From contig JAEEZR010000044.1 in the NCBI GenBank assembly GCA_016292035.1, positions 7,760-71,759 of the forward strand: a DNA stretch of 64,000 nt, given 5' to 3'. Origin of the DNA: Bacillales bacterium (lineage in GTDB: Bacteria; Bacillota_I; Bacilli_A; RF39; UBA660). The notes under the pieces were generated by a model. The model made no database searches, had not been told where the DNA came from, and was given only the letters and a program-made list of their open reading frames with translations. Below, one piece after another: positions 17,375 through 26,086 of the stretch (positions are counted from its first letter, which is position 1; each line of letters starts with the position of its first letter). The position numbers were made by a program, and so were the translations under genes.

Positions 17375-18532
17375 ATGGCTAAAGGATATAAAAAGAGTTA
17401 TTTGCTTATTAATACAGTATTATCTTTATTTATTATTATGCTTTTAATTAATATTATATTTTTTAAGTATAGTAGTTTTATAGTATTATTCTTATCTTGT
17501 TTTCTTCCTTTTTTAATTATTTATATAAGACTAGGATATGAAAAGAAGAAGAGACGTTTTACTTATGAAACTATGTTTTATACTTTTGTATTTGTAATAC
17601 TCTTTTTACTTATTACGTATATTATTGGCTTATTTACTGGATTTTATCATAATGTATATAGATTAAATTTAAATAATATTATTCGAAATGTTTTACCTTA
17701 TATTCTATGTATAGGAGTAGGAGAATTATTTAGATATGAAATTGTTAGAAAGGGAGAAGGGTCTAATCTTTCTTATGTTTTGATTACTTTATTATTTGTT
17801 ATATTAGATTCGACTTTGTTTATTAATACATATGATTTAGCTAGTTTTGATGGATTAGTTAAGTTTATATGCTCGATTTTATTTCCTAGTGTATTTAAGA
17901 ATTTACTTCTTTTATATCTTACTAAACATGGTGGGCCTTATCCTAGTATAGTTTATCGTTTAATTATGGATTTAAAGATATTTATTATGCCAATATTCCC
18001 TAATTTTGGTTTATATTTAGAGTGCATTATTAATACTAGTATACCTGTGTTAATTGGTGTTTTAACACATATTAGTTTAAAACAATTTAAAAATAATGAA
18101 GTAGAAGTTAGAAAAATTAAGTCTACTGGTATGTATAAGTATGCTCTTCTTATATTTTTACTTATATTAACTGTATCTATTAATATTTTAACTAGTGGTA
18201 AGTTTAAATATACTATGGTCGCTATTGGATCTAATAGTATGAATCCAGTGTTTTATAGGGGTGATGCAGTTATATATGCTAAAGTTAAGAAGCCAGAAGA
18301 TTATCAAATAAAAGATATTTTAGTTTTTAGAAAAGAAGATAAAATAGTAGTACATAGAATTATTAGTATTAAAAAAGTAGATAATGATTATATTTATTAC
18401 ACAAAAGGAGATAATAATATTGGGCCTGATGGATATCCTATTCTATTTAAGGATACACTAGGCGTTTATAAACTTAGAATAAAGTATATTGGCTTGTTTA
18501 GCGTATACTTGACAGAGCTATTTAATAATTAA
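17375..18532 (+). CDS. Signal peptidase I, SipW/S26B (Ser-His) type, with a large N-terminal multi-TM domain
   Basis: GSNSMNP (Ser), RGD, VVHRI (His), TKGDNN..D at the C-terminus; about 8 TM upstream. Confidence 0.85.
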   Translation: MAKGYKKSYLLINTVLSLFIIMLLINIIFFKYSSFIVLFLSCFLPFLIIYIRLGYEKKKRRFTYETMFYTFVFVILFLLITYIIGLFTGFYHNVYRLNLNNIIRNVLPYILCIGVGELFRYEIVRKGEGSNLSYVLITLLFVILDSTLFINTYDLASFDGLVKFICSILFPSVFKNLLLLYLTKHGGPYPSIVYRLIMDLKIFIMPIFPNFGLYLECIINTSIPVLIGVLTHISLKQFKNNEVEVRKIKSTGMYKYALLIFLLILTVSINILTSGKFKYTMVAIGSNSMNPVFYRGDAVIYAKVKKPEDYQIKDILVFRKEDKIVVHRIISIKKVDNDYIYYTKGDNNIGPDGYPILFKDTLGVYKLRIKYIGLFSVYLTELFNN

Positions 18533-18595
18533 TTTGTTATTATATAATTAATATGGTATACTTTAGTATATTATAAATAGTATAAAGAGGTAAAA

Positions 18596-19675
18596 ATGAA
18601 AAGAAGGGCTTTAGTAGTAGTGATATACTTAGTTCTTGCGTTGTTGGCAATAACTGGCCTGTTATTTGAAATACACCTATGCAAAGCTAAACTTAATAGC
18701 AGACAGATTGCTTATCATAAAGAAGCTAGTATAAATTATAATACATATTTAAAAGATGGTTCTTATTTAGAGGACAGTTTTAACTTTGTAGCAAATTTAA
18801 TAGATTACTTTAAAGTAGATTTTAATTATCTATATTCTTTGAGTGAGAAAGTAGATTATATTATTACTTATGATGTTAATGCTACTTTAGAAGTTTTTGA
18901 TAGTGATAATAAAACTAAGCCTATAGATAGAAGTGAATTTGTTATTCTACCTAAAACTACTACTTCTGGGTCTGGAGAAGCTATTAAACTAGATTTATAT
19001 AATCAAATAATTGAATATCAAACTTTTAATAAAGTAGTTCAAAATTGGAAAAAAGAAGTTACACCTGATGCTTTATTAAAGATTAATTTTAATGTTTCTT
19101 GGAGTGGACAAGCTTCTACATTTGTAAATCCAATTAAAGATAGTTATAAGGCTACTTTAAAGATACCTATTTCTTCTCAATCTAAGACTATTGAAATACA
19201 AAAACCTAGTGGTTTTAGTGAAGATAAGGTTTTAACTGAAAGAGAAAAACTTCATTATAGTTATTTAATTATAATGGGATCTACTGCTTTCTTTATTATT
19301 ACTGTTATTGCTAGATTATTTATAGTTTTATTAGAAGCTAATGAAGAAAAAGATCAGTATGAACAAAAGGTTAATAAAGTTTTAAGAGAATTTGATAGGG
19401 CTATTACTGAGGCTAAGGGTTCTTTTGTTAAGAATCCTAAAGATAATAATATTGAAGTAAATGATTTTTATGAACTTATGGATGTTCATGATAATTTAAA
19501 TGTACCTATAGTATTTTATAGAGACAGCTCTAGTAAATGTTCTTTTGTTGTTAGGAATGATAAAGATGTTTACTTTGCTACTATTAAGAGAGAAAAAATT
19601 AATAATATTCCTATAAAAGAAGAGAAGGTGGAAGAAAAAAAGAAAAAAGTTGTCAAAAAAACTGTAAAAAAATAA
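18596..19675 (+). CDS. DUF5305-like membrane protein
   Basis: N-terminal TM, beta-rich extracellular region (INYNTYLK, IDYFKVDFNY), second TM, and a cytoplasmic V.DF.EL.DV...LNVPI tail; next to a signal peptidase. Confidence 0.6.
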   Translation: MKRRALVVVIYLVLALLAITGLLFEIHLCKAKLNSRQIAYHKEASINYNTYLKDGSYLEDSFNFVANLIDYFKVDFNYLYSLSEKVDYIITYDVNATLEVFDSDNKTKPIDRSEFVILPKTTTSGSGEAIKLDLYNQIIEYQTFNKVVQNWKKEVTPDALLKINFNVSWSGQASTFVNPIKDSYKATLKIPISSQSKTIEIQKPSGFSEDKVLTEREKLHYSYLIIMGSTAFFIITVIARLFIVLLEANEEKDQYEQKVNKVLREFDRAITEAKGSFVKNPKDNNIEVNDFYELMDVHDNLNVPIVFYRDSSSKCSFVVRNDKDVYFATIKREKINNIPIKEEKVEEKKKKVVKKTVKK

Positions 19676-19734
19676 AAAAAACATTTACTTAATGGGATTA
19701 ATGAATTATTATTAAAATAGAAGGAGAAGATAAA

Positions 19735-20319
19735 ATGAAAGATAATAAGAAACTATTATATAGTATGGTTATAGTTGCATTAATATTATCAGTTGTTGGT
19801 ATTTCAATCGGTTTTGCCGCTATGAGTGCACAACTTACTGTTAATGGTACAACTACAGTTACACCAGCTACATGGAAAATTAAATTCCAAGAATTAGCAA
19901 AGGTTAGTGGAGATGATACTTTAATCGTTACAGCACCACAAATAACTTCTGATACACATATCGGAAATTATGCACTTAAACTAACTAAACCTGGAGATAA
20001 AGTTGTTTATAAATTCCAAGTTGCTAATACTGGTACACTTGATGCTATTCTAACTAGTTATACATTTGCAACACCTACTATAACAGGTACAGGTGCAACT
20101 GCTACTGATGATGCTGCTATCGTAAGTAGAAATTTAATTTATACTTTAACTCATAACGATGCAACTAATTCAGCTATTCAAGTTGGTGAAACTCTAAATG
20201 TTAATCAAAGCACTGAGTTCTTACTTACTGTTGAATATGATGCTAATGCAGATGAACTTCCAACAGATGATGTAACTATCTCTGGTATGGATATTACATT
20301 TACATACGGACAAAATTAA
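19735..20319 (+). CDS. Secreted pilin/TasA-camelysin-like subunit with SipW-type signal
   Basis: KK + hydrophobic + SIGFA|AMSAQLTVNGTTTV N-terminus; Thr-rich beta-sandwich with PGD..Y.F.V.N.GT.DA motif. Confidence 0.65.
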   Translation: MKDNKKLLYSMVIVALILSVVGISIGFAAMSAQLTVNGTTTVTPATWKIKFQELAKVSGDDTLIVTAPQITSDTHIGNYALKLTKPGDKVVYKFQVANTGTLDAILTSYTFATPTITGTGATATDDAAIVSRNLIYTLTHNDATNSAIQVGETLNVNQSTEFLLTVEYDANADELPTDDVTISGMDITFTYGQN

Positions 20320-20327
20320 TTATAAAG

Positions 20328-20356
20328 AAGTAGATAATAGATTATCTACTTTTTTT
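20328..20356 (+). terminator. Intrinsic terminator after the pilin-like gene
   Basis: AAGTAGATAAT-AG-ATTATCTACTT followed by a T-run. Confidence 0.8.
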
Positions 20357-20390
20357 ATGTTATAATTTTATTATTATAGGAGAACATATT

Positions 20391-22340
20391 ATGAGAAGAG
20401 TAATATATAACAAAGTATTTTTTTCAGTAATTGTATTTTTGTTTTTATCTTTACTAACTATTTCTATTGGATTTAGTTCTCTTTCTACATCTTTAACTGT
20501 TAATGGTACTACTACATTTGCACCAGTGGATATGCTTAGAGTTACTAAGATAACTAATACTGGTTATTCAGATGCAGATTTAATAAGTGCTACTCACACT
20601 ATAGATACTATAAGTGCTCTTCTTGATATTAACAGCACTAGTGGGTATGCTACATATGATGTTACTATTAGTAATCTAGGGCAAGTAGATAAAGTATTAA
20701 CTAGCATTAGTGAAGATGTGTTTTCTAATAGCGATATGAAATATGAAATACTAGGAATAAATCCTGGTACTGTTATAAAATCTAAAGAAACATTAAAGTT
20801 TAAAGTAACTTTTAAATATAGAAACGGTGTAAACACTATTAACGAGGAAAGATTAAATTGTACATTAAAATTTATCTTCGATGATTATGTTTATGTTCCT
20901 CAAAGTTATACTATTAATTTTGATCCTAATGGTGGAGTAGGTGAAATGAATCCTATGCAAGCATGGGAAGATGAAATCTATCAATTAAGTTTCAATAGTT
21001 TTACTAAAGAAGATTATGTATTTAAACATTGGAATACAAGCGCTGATGGTAGTGGAACTAGTTATAGAAATGGTCAAAGTATTAAGAATATTAATAATGG
21101 TGAAGAAAGTATAACATTATATGCTCAGTGGAGACCTATGTCTGATACAGTTGATTATCCTGGTGAATGTATTTTTGGAGGAGAGGGTGTTGATATTGTA
21201 GGAGACTGCGCTGAAGGAGAAAGTAAAGATTATATCATGACTGATATAAAACCATTTAGTGAAGAAAATTACTTGAAGAACTTTGAGTTTAAATTTACTG
21301 TTAGCGAGTTAAATAACCAAGGTAATAGAGATACTGTGTTTAATATGCTTTATGAAAACAGTGATAATATAAAGGGTATATATCCAGGAATACTTCTTCG
21401 TGTAGAAAATGGTAAATGGTTATTCCAAGTAGGTGCTGGTAATAACGACAGAGTCAAGCTAAACTTTGCTTTAAATGATTTAGTTGGAAAAGAGTTTAAA
21501 GTAATAAGACATAATGATAATGGCACTATTAATGTTTATTACTCTATAGATGGGGCTGATCCAGTATTTGTAAAAGATATTACTAATTTATATGCTACTT
21601 TTGATACTCCTCTTACTATAGGAGCAAATCTAGAAATAGATAATGTTACAGCTAATAGACATGCTAATGCTACTTTAAGTGATATATATTTTTCATTCTT
21701 AGATGATGGTGTAACATTAGATGAAATAATGGGAAGAACTCCAATAGAAGAAACTCATGAATTTAAGACGGTATTTTTAGTAGAAGGACCATGTACATTT
21801 AATGGAAATTCAGGATTTATTACTGGAGATAACTGCACAGAATACGCTAATAAGAAATTAATAGATAGTGAAGTATATTTATTCAATAATGATAACTATG
21901 AGAAAGATTTTGAAGTAGGATTTGATATAGATGCTCTTACTTATAGTGGTCAAGATGAAGCTCAAGTAACACTATTTAATGCATTTAGAGAAAGATCTGG
22001 ACTAGGATATGGTGTACTTGTTAGAAGAACTTCTACTAATAATACTTATGAATTAATAGCCAGAGATGGTAATGGTGTTGCTAAAACTACTAAGCTTTCT
22101 TTAAATGCACCATTAAATATTAAAATAGTTAGAGTAGGTGGAAAGGTATGCTATAGCCTTAATAATGCTAACTATAAGCTTGCAGTAGATGTTAGTGGAC
22201 TTACTCTTCCATTTGATGTACCTGCTACATTCGGAGGAAGTACTAATTCTAGTGATCAACCATTTAGATTTATTAAAGGTACTTTTTCTAATATGTATAT
22301 TAAACTAGGAACTATAGATGAAGAAATAACATGTAGTTAA
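20391..22340 (+). CDS. Secreted adhesin-like protein: pilin-like N-domain, InlB-B (Listeria-Bacteroides) repeat, two tandem ConA/LamG-like domains
   Basis: SIGFS|SLSTSLTVNGTTT signal. YTINFDPNGG...F..WNT.ADGSG..Y...TLYAQW repeat. Duplicated C.F.G...I.G.C...D...F..+NY.K.FE..F domains. Confidence 0.65.
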   Translation: MRRVIYNKVFFSVIVFLFLSLLTISIGFSSLSTSLTVNGTTTFAPVDMLRVTKITNTGYSDADLISATHTIDTISALLDINSTSGYATYDVTISNLGQVDKVLTSISEDVFSNSDMKYEILGINPGTVIKSKETLKFKVTFKYRNGVNTINEERLNCTLKFIFDDYVYVPQSYTINFDPNGGVGEMNPMQAWEDEIYQLSFNSFTKEDYVFKHWNTSADGSGTSYRNGQSIKNINNGEESITLYAQWRPMSDTVDYPGECIFGGEGVDIVGDCAEGESKDYIMTDIKPFSEENYLKNFEFKFTVSELNNQGNRDTVFNMLYENSDNIKGIYPGILLRVENGKWLFQVGAGNNDRVKLNFALNDLVGKEFKVIRHNDNGTINVYYSIDGADPVFVKDITNLYATFDTPLTIGANLEIDNVTANRHANATLSDIYFSFLDDGVTLDEIMGRTPIEETHEFKTVFLVEGPCTFNGNSGFITGDNCTEYANKKLIDSEVYLFNNDNYEKDFEVGFDIDALTYSGQDEAQVTLFNAFRERSGLGYGVLVRRTSTNNTYELIARDGNGVAKTTKLSLNAPLNIKIVRVGGKVCYSLNNANYKLAVDVSGLTLPFDVPATFGGSTNSSDQPFRFIKGTFSNMYIKLGTIDEEITCS

Positions 22341-22353
22341 GGAAGGTGATAAT

Positions 22354-22761
22354 ATGAAAAAGATGTTAGTGCCAATACTTACACTTATAAGTGTAATTTT
22401 GTGTGCAGTTATGGTTATTATTCTATGTAATAAAAAAGAAGTATGGAATAACACTGATTCTAATCAAATAGAATTTACTTATACTATAAATGGTGGTGTT
22501 CCATATAAATGGGAATATGAAATAGAAGACGAGAGCATCGTATCTTTTGTTAAAGATTATATACTAGAAGATAAAAATGTTGATGGATTAGTAGGCGCTC
22601 CTGTTAGTACTAATTATGTATTTAAAGGAGTTGAAGAAGGAGTTACTACTGTTACATTTAAATATATTGATTTAACTAAGAGTGATACTCCTGTAATTAA
22701 AAAAGAAGTTCATAAACTTAAAGTAGATAAAGATAAGAATATATCTTTACTAGCTTTATAA
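22354..22761 (+). CDS. Chagasin-like protease inhibitor (I42) family, membrane-anchored
   Basis: NGGVPYKW...GAP...YVFKG...G..TVTFKY Ig-like pattern; N-terminal TM. Confidence 0.65.
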   Translation: MKKMLVPILTLISVILCAVMVIILCNKKEVWNNTDSNQIEFTYTINGGVPYKWEYEIEDESIVSFVKDYILEDKNVDGLVGAPVSTNYVFKGVEEGVTTVTFKYIDLTKSDTPVIKKEVHKLKVDKDKNISLLAL

Positions 22762-22830
22762 GAAAGCTTATGCTTTCTTTTTTTTATTGTTTGATGTATA
22801 ATATACTTCATTAAAAAAAAGGGGGATTAT

Positions 22831-23943
22831 ATGATACTTTATAGGGCTATTAATGATAAAGATTATCAAAATGTTGTTTTAAATTGTAAAAATATATACG
22901 CAATTAGAACTAGAAGTAAAGAAGACTTTGAAACGGTTTTAGATTATTACTCTGGCACTAATATGCAAAACTCATTTAATTTTATTATGAATCATATTAA
23001 TGGTAAATGGGCAGAAAAAAAAGCTACTTCTCCTTGGATTTCATTAAGTAAAGATCTTTTTTATACAATTGAAGCTTATTCTATGCCACAAGCTATAAAG
23101 AAAGGTAATGATACTAGAAGAAGCATAGTAGTTGTAGATCAAAAGAGAGTTTTAAGTGCAAAAGAAGAAATAGAAAACGCTAAAGGGTTATTTGCAATTG
23201 ATTTAAGTGATGATAATATTCTTAATTTAGTTAGAGATGGAATTATAAAAATAGAAGAGTATGATAAAACAAGATTAGATTTTAGACTTAATAATTCACT
23301 TTATAGAGATTGTCTTAAAAGTAGAAAATCTGAAAGAGTAATTAGTTCTAAAGCATCTGTTTCTTCAGAAGTTCTGGCTTATTTAAAAGTTAATTATACC
23401 GATATTAAAGCAATTCTTTATCCAATTATTATAGATTTAATGTATTCATATAATTTAAATATTGATATGGATAATGCTTCATCTATTCAGTCACTTGATA
23501 ATATGTATAGTAAACTTCAATCATTATATGATAGTATGGATCCACTTTATTTAGACTTATATCCAGATGTCATTAGTGGGGTAGATTTAACAAGTTATTT
23601 GATTGAACACTATAATACGATTGAAGGCGATAATGTAGAAGAAAAATATGAAAATTTAAAAGAAAGAAAAAGAGAATTACTATTTGAACTTGCTACTCAA
23701 TTATTTGGTAGTAAGGGTGTTTATAAACCTCAAAGATTAGTTGATGACTTAGCACTAGTTTATGAATATAATCATTTAATGCAAGTCATTAATAATAGAA
23801 GTAGAAAACTATCTAAAAGCTTCTTTGATAATATTTTAATTATTGAAAAAGATGGAGAACTATTTGTATACAATAATGATAAAGATACATATGAAAGTAG
23901 GACTAAAACAATAGATAGAAAACTTATTTTAAATAATAAATAG
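22831..23943 (+). CDS. Hypothetical protein with predicted N-terminal R-S-E ADP-ribosyltransferase fold
   Basis: LYRA (R5), H55-I-N-G, SPWISLS (S71-x-S73), SSEVLAY (E180). No signal peptide; own terminator. Confidence 0.55.
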   Translation: MILYRAINDKDYQNVVLNCKNIYAIRTRSKEDFETVLDYYSGTNMQNSFNFIMNHINGKWAEKKATSPWISLSKDLFYTIEAYSMPQAIKKGNDTRRSIVVVDQKRVLSAKEEIENAKGLFAIDLSDDNILNLVRDGIIKIEEYDKTRLDFRLNNSLYRDCLKSRKSERVISSKASVSSEVLAYLKVNYTDIKAILYPIIIDLMYSYNLNIDMDNASSIQSLDNMYSKLQSLYDSMDPLYLDLYPDVISGVDLTSYLIEHYNTIEGDNVEEKYENLKERKRELLFELATQLFGSKGVYKPQRLVDDLALVYEYNHLMQVINNRSRKLSKSFFDNILIIEKDGELFVYNNDKDTYESRTKTIDRKLILNNK

Positions 23944-24034
23944 CTTAGTGATAAGCTATTTTTATTTGACTAGATTTTATTTCTAGGGTTATAATGAAGT
24001 TAGTAAAATAAAAGCTTAGAAAGGATGAACTGCT

Positions 24035-24170
24035 TTTATTAGCGCCTGGACCAATAAAGGTTGACGAGGATGATAATTATCGAAATACTCGGCGGATGTT
24101 ATCACGGTTAATATAAATCGTTAGGTATATTTAAAAAGCAAAATCAAGATTGTAACAGAGGATATACCAC
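24035..24170 (+). ncRNA. glmS ribozyme (GlcN6P-activated self-cleaving riboswitch)
   Basis: A^GCGCCTGGACC...GGTTGACGAGGATGATAATTATCGAA...TCGGCGGATGTTATCACGG core. Predicted cleavage between 24041 and 24042. Peripheral GGTATAT/ATATACC stem. Directly upstream of glmS. Confidence 0.95.
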
Positions 24171-24202
24171 TATATATATTTTTTGCATGGAGGAATTTAT
24201 AT

Positions 24203-26035
24203 ATGTGTGGCATCGTTGGTTATAACGGTAACAATAAGGCCAGTGAAATATTACTTGATGGTCTTTCAAAATTAGAATATAGGGGTTATGATTCAGCAGG
24301 TATTGCTGTTTTAGAAGATAATGAGATTAAAGTTTTTAAAGCTAAAGGTAAAATATCAGCTTTAAGAGAAAAAATAGAAAATGAAGAATTAAATGGCACT
24401 GTTGGAATAGGGCATACAAGATGGGCTACTCATGGAGAACCATCTGAAACAAATGCTCATCCACATGTTACTTTTAAAGGACAAGTAACTCTTGTTCATA
24501 ATGGTATTATAGAGAACTATCAGGAGATTATAGAGAAACTTAAAAGACATGATTATACTTTCTATAGTCAAACTGATACTGAAATACTAGGTAACTTAAT
24601 AGAGTATTATTACTATAAATATAACATGGGTCCTATAGACGCTATTAATAGAACTATGGTTAGGGTAAGAGGATCTTACGCTATTGCTGTTATGTTTAAA
24701 GATTTTCCAGGAGAATTATATGTAGCTAGAAAAGATTCACCTATGATTATAGGTGTTAGTAAAGATGCTACTTATGTAGCGTCAGATGCTGCTGCTATTC
24801 TAAAATATACTAGAAATGTTTATTATATAGATAACTTAGAAGCAGCAAGACTTACTAATAATGAAGTAACATTTTATGATTTAAATGGAGATGTTATAGA
24901 AAAAGAATTAAAAGAAATAAAGTGGGATTTATCTGCAGCTGAAAAAGAAGGATATGAACACTTTATGATTAAAGAAATACATGAACAAAGTGATGTAATA
25001 TCTAAAACTATTAATTCTTTTGTTCAAGAAGGTAAAATAGACTTTTCAAATGCAGGTGTTAGTGACGAAGTACTATCTAAAGTAAAAGAAATTTATATTG
25101 TAGCTTGTGGTAGTGCATATCATGCAGGAGTAACATCTTCTTACGTAATAGAAGATTTAGCTAGAATACCAGTTAAAACTGATATTGCTTCTGAATTTAG
25201 ATATAGAAAACCTATTTTAAATAAAGATGGACTAGTAATTATTATTAGTCAATCTGGTGAAACAGCTGACTCTTTAGCAGCTTTAAGAGAAGCTAAGAAT
25301 GCAGGAGTTAAAACACTTGCTATAGTAAATGTAGTAGGATCATCTATTGCAAGGGAAGCAGATTACTGTTTATATACACTAGCAGGACCAGAAATATCTG
25401 TTGCTACTACAAAGGCTTATAGTACTCAGTTAATAGTAGGTTATTTACTTGCTATAAAAATGGCTTATTTAAATAATCAAATAGACGATAAAAAGTATGA
25501 AGAATTAATTAATGATTTATTATTAATACCTTCTAAAGTAAAAGAAACTACAGAAAATACTATTAATGAAATACAAAAAATAGCTAGTAAACATTCTTCT
25601 ATAAAAGATGCTTTCTTTATCGGAAGAAGTTTAGACTATGCTACATGTCTAGAAGGTAGCTTAAAACTTAAAGAAGTAAGCTATATACATAGTGAAGCTT
25701 ATGCAGCTGGAGAACTTAAACATGGCACTATTAGTTTAATAGAAGATAATACTTTAGTAATAGGTGTTGTTACGCAAGAAGAGATAGCAGAAAAAACTAT
25801 TAGTAATTTAGTAGAAGTTAAGAGTAGAGGAGCATACGTAGCAACAGTATGTACTCCTAATATAGATACTTCTAAAGTAGCAGAAGAAGTAATAACTATT
25901 AGTGAAACTAATAAATACTTTTATCCATCACTTTCAGTCATACCACTTCAACTTCTAGGATATTATGTATCTGTTTCTAGAGGACTTGATGTAGATAAGC
26001 CTAGAAATTTAGCAAAATCAGTTACAGTTGAATAA
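24203..26035 (+). CDS. glmS: Glutamine-fructose-6-phosphate transaminase (isomerizing)
   Basis: MCGIVG, EYRGYDSAG, GHTRWATHG, SQSGETADS, PRNLAKSVTVE. Confidence 0.98.
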   Translation: MCGIVGYNGNNKASEILLDGLSKLEYRGYDSAGIAVLEDNEIKVFKAKGKISALREKIENEELNGTVGIGHTRWATHGEPSETNAHPHVTFKGQVTLVHNGIIENYQEIIEKLKRHDYTFYSQTDTEILGNLIEYYYYKYNMGPIDAINRTMVRVRGSYAIAVMFKDFPGELYVARKDSPMIIGVSKDATYVASDAAAILKYTRNVYYIDNLEAARLTNNEVTFYDLNGDVIEKELKEIKWDLSAAEKEGYEHFMIKEIHEQSDVISKTINSFVQEGKIDFSNAGVSDEVLSKVKEIYIVACGSAYHAGVTSSYVIEDLARIPVKTDIASEFRYRKPILNKDGLVIIISQSGETADSLAALREAKNAGVKTLAIVNVVGSSIAREADYCLYTLAGPEISVATTKAYSTQLIVGYLLAIKMAYLNNQIDDKKYEELINDLLLIPSKVKETTENTINEIQKIASKHSSIKDAFFIGRSLDYATCLEGSLKLKEVSYIHSEAYAAGELKHGTISLIEDNTLVIGVVTQEEIAEKTISNLVEVKSRGAYVATVCTPNIDTSKVAEEVITISETNKYFYPSLSVIPLQLLGYYVSVSRGLDVDKPRNLAKSVTVE

Positions 26036-26086
26036 GAAAGCCTGGCTTTCTTATTTTTATGTGGTACAATATAGGCGGTGAAACGT

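Noticed and set aside
17375-18200. CAAX-protease (CPBP) activity in the N-terminal TM domain of the signal peptidase (GELFRY)
   Set aside because: Only a partial EExxxR-like motif is present; the downstream FxxxH and HxxxN motifs are absent.
24026-24042. Mini-ORF MNCFY ending at the glmS ribozyme cleavage site
   Set aside because: The AAAGG element abuts the ATG with no spacing, so it is likely coincidental.
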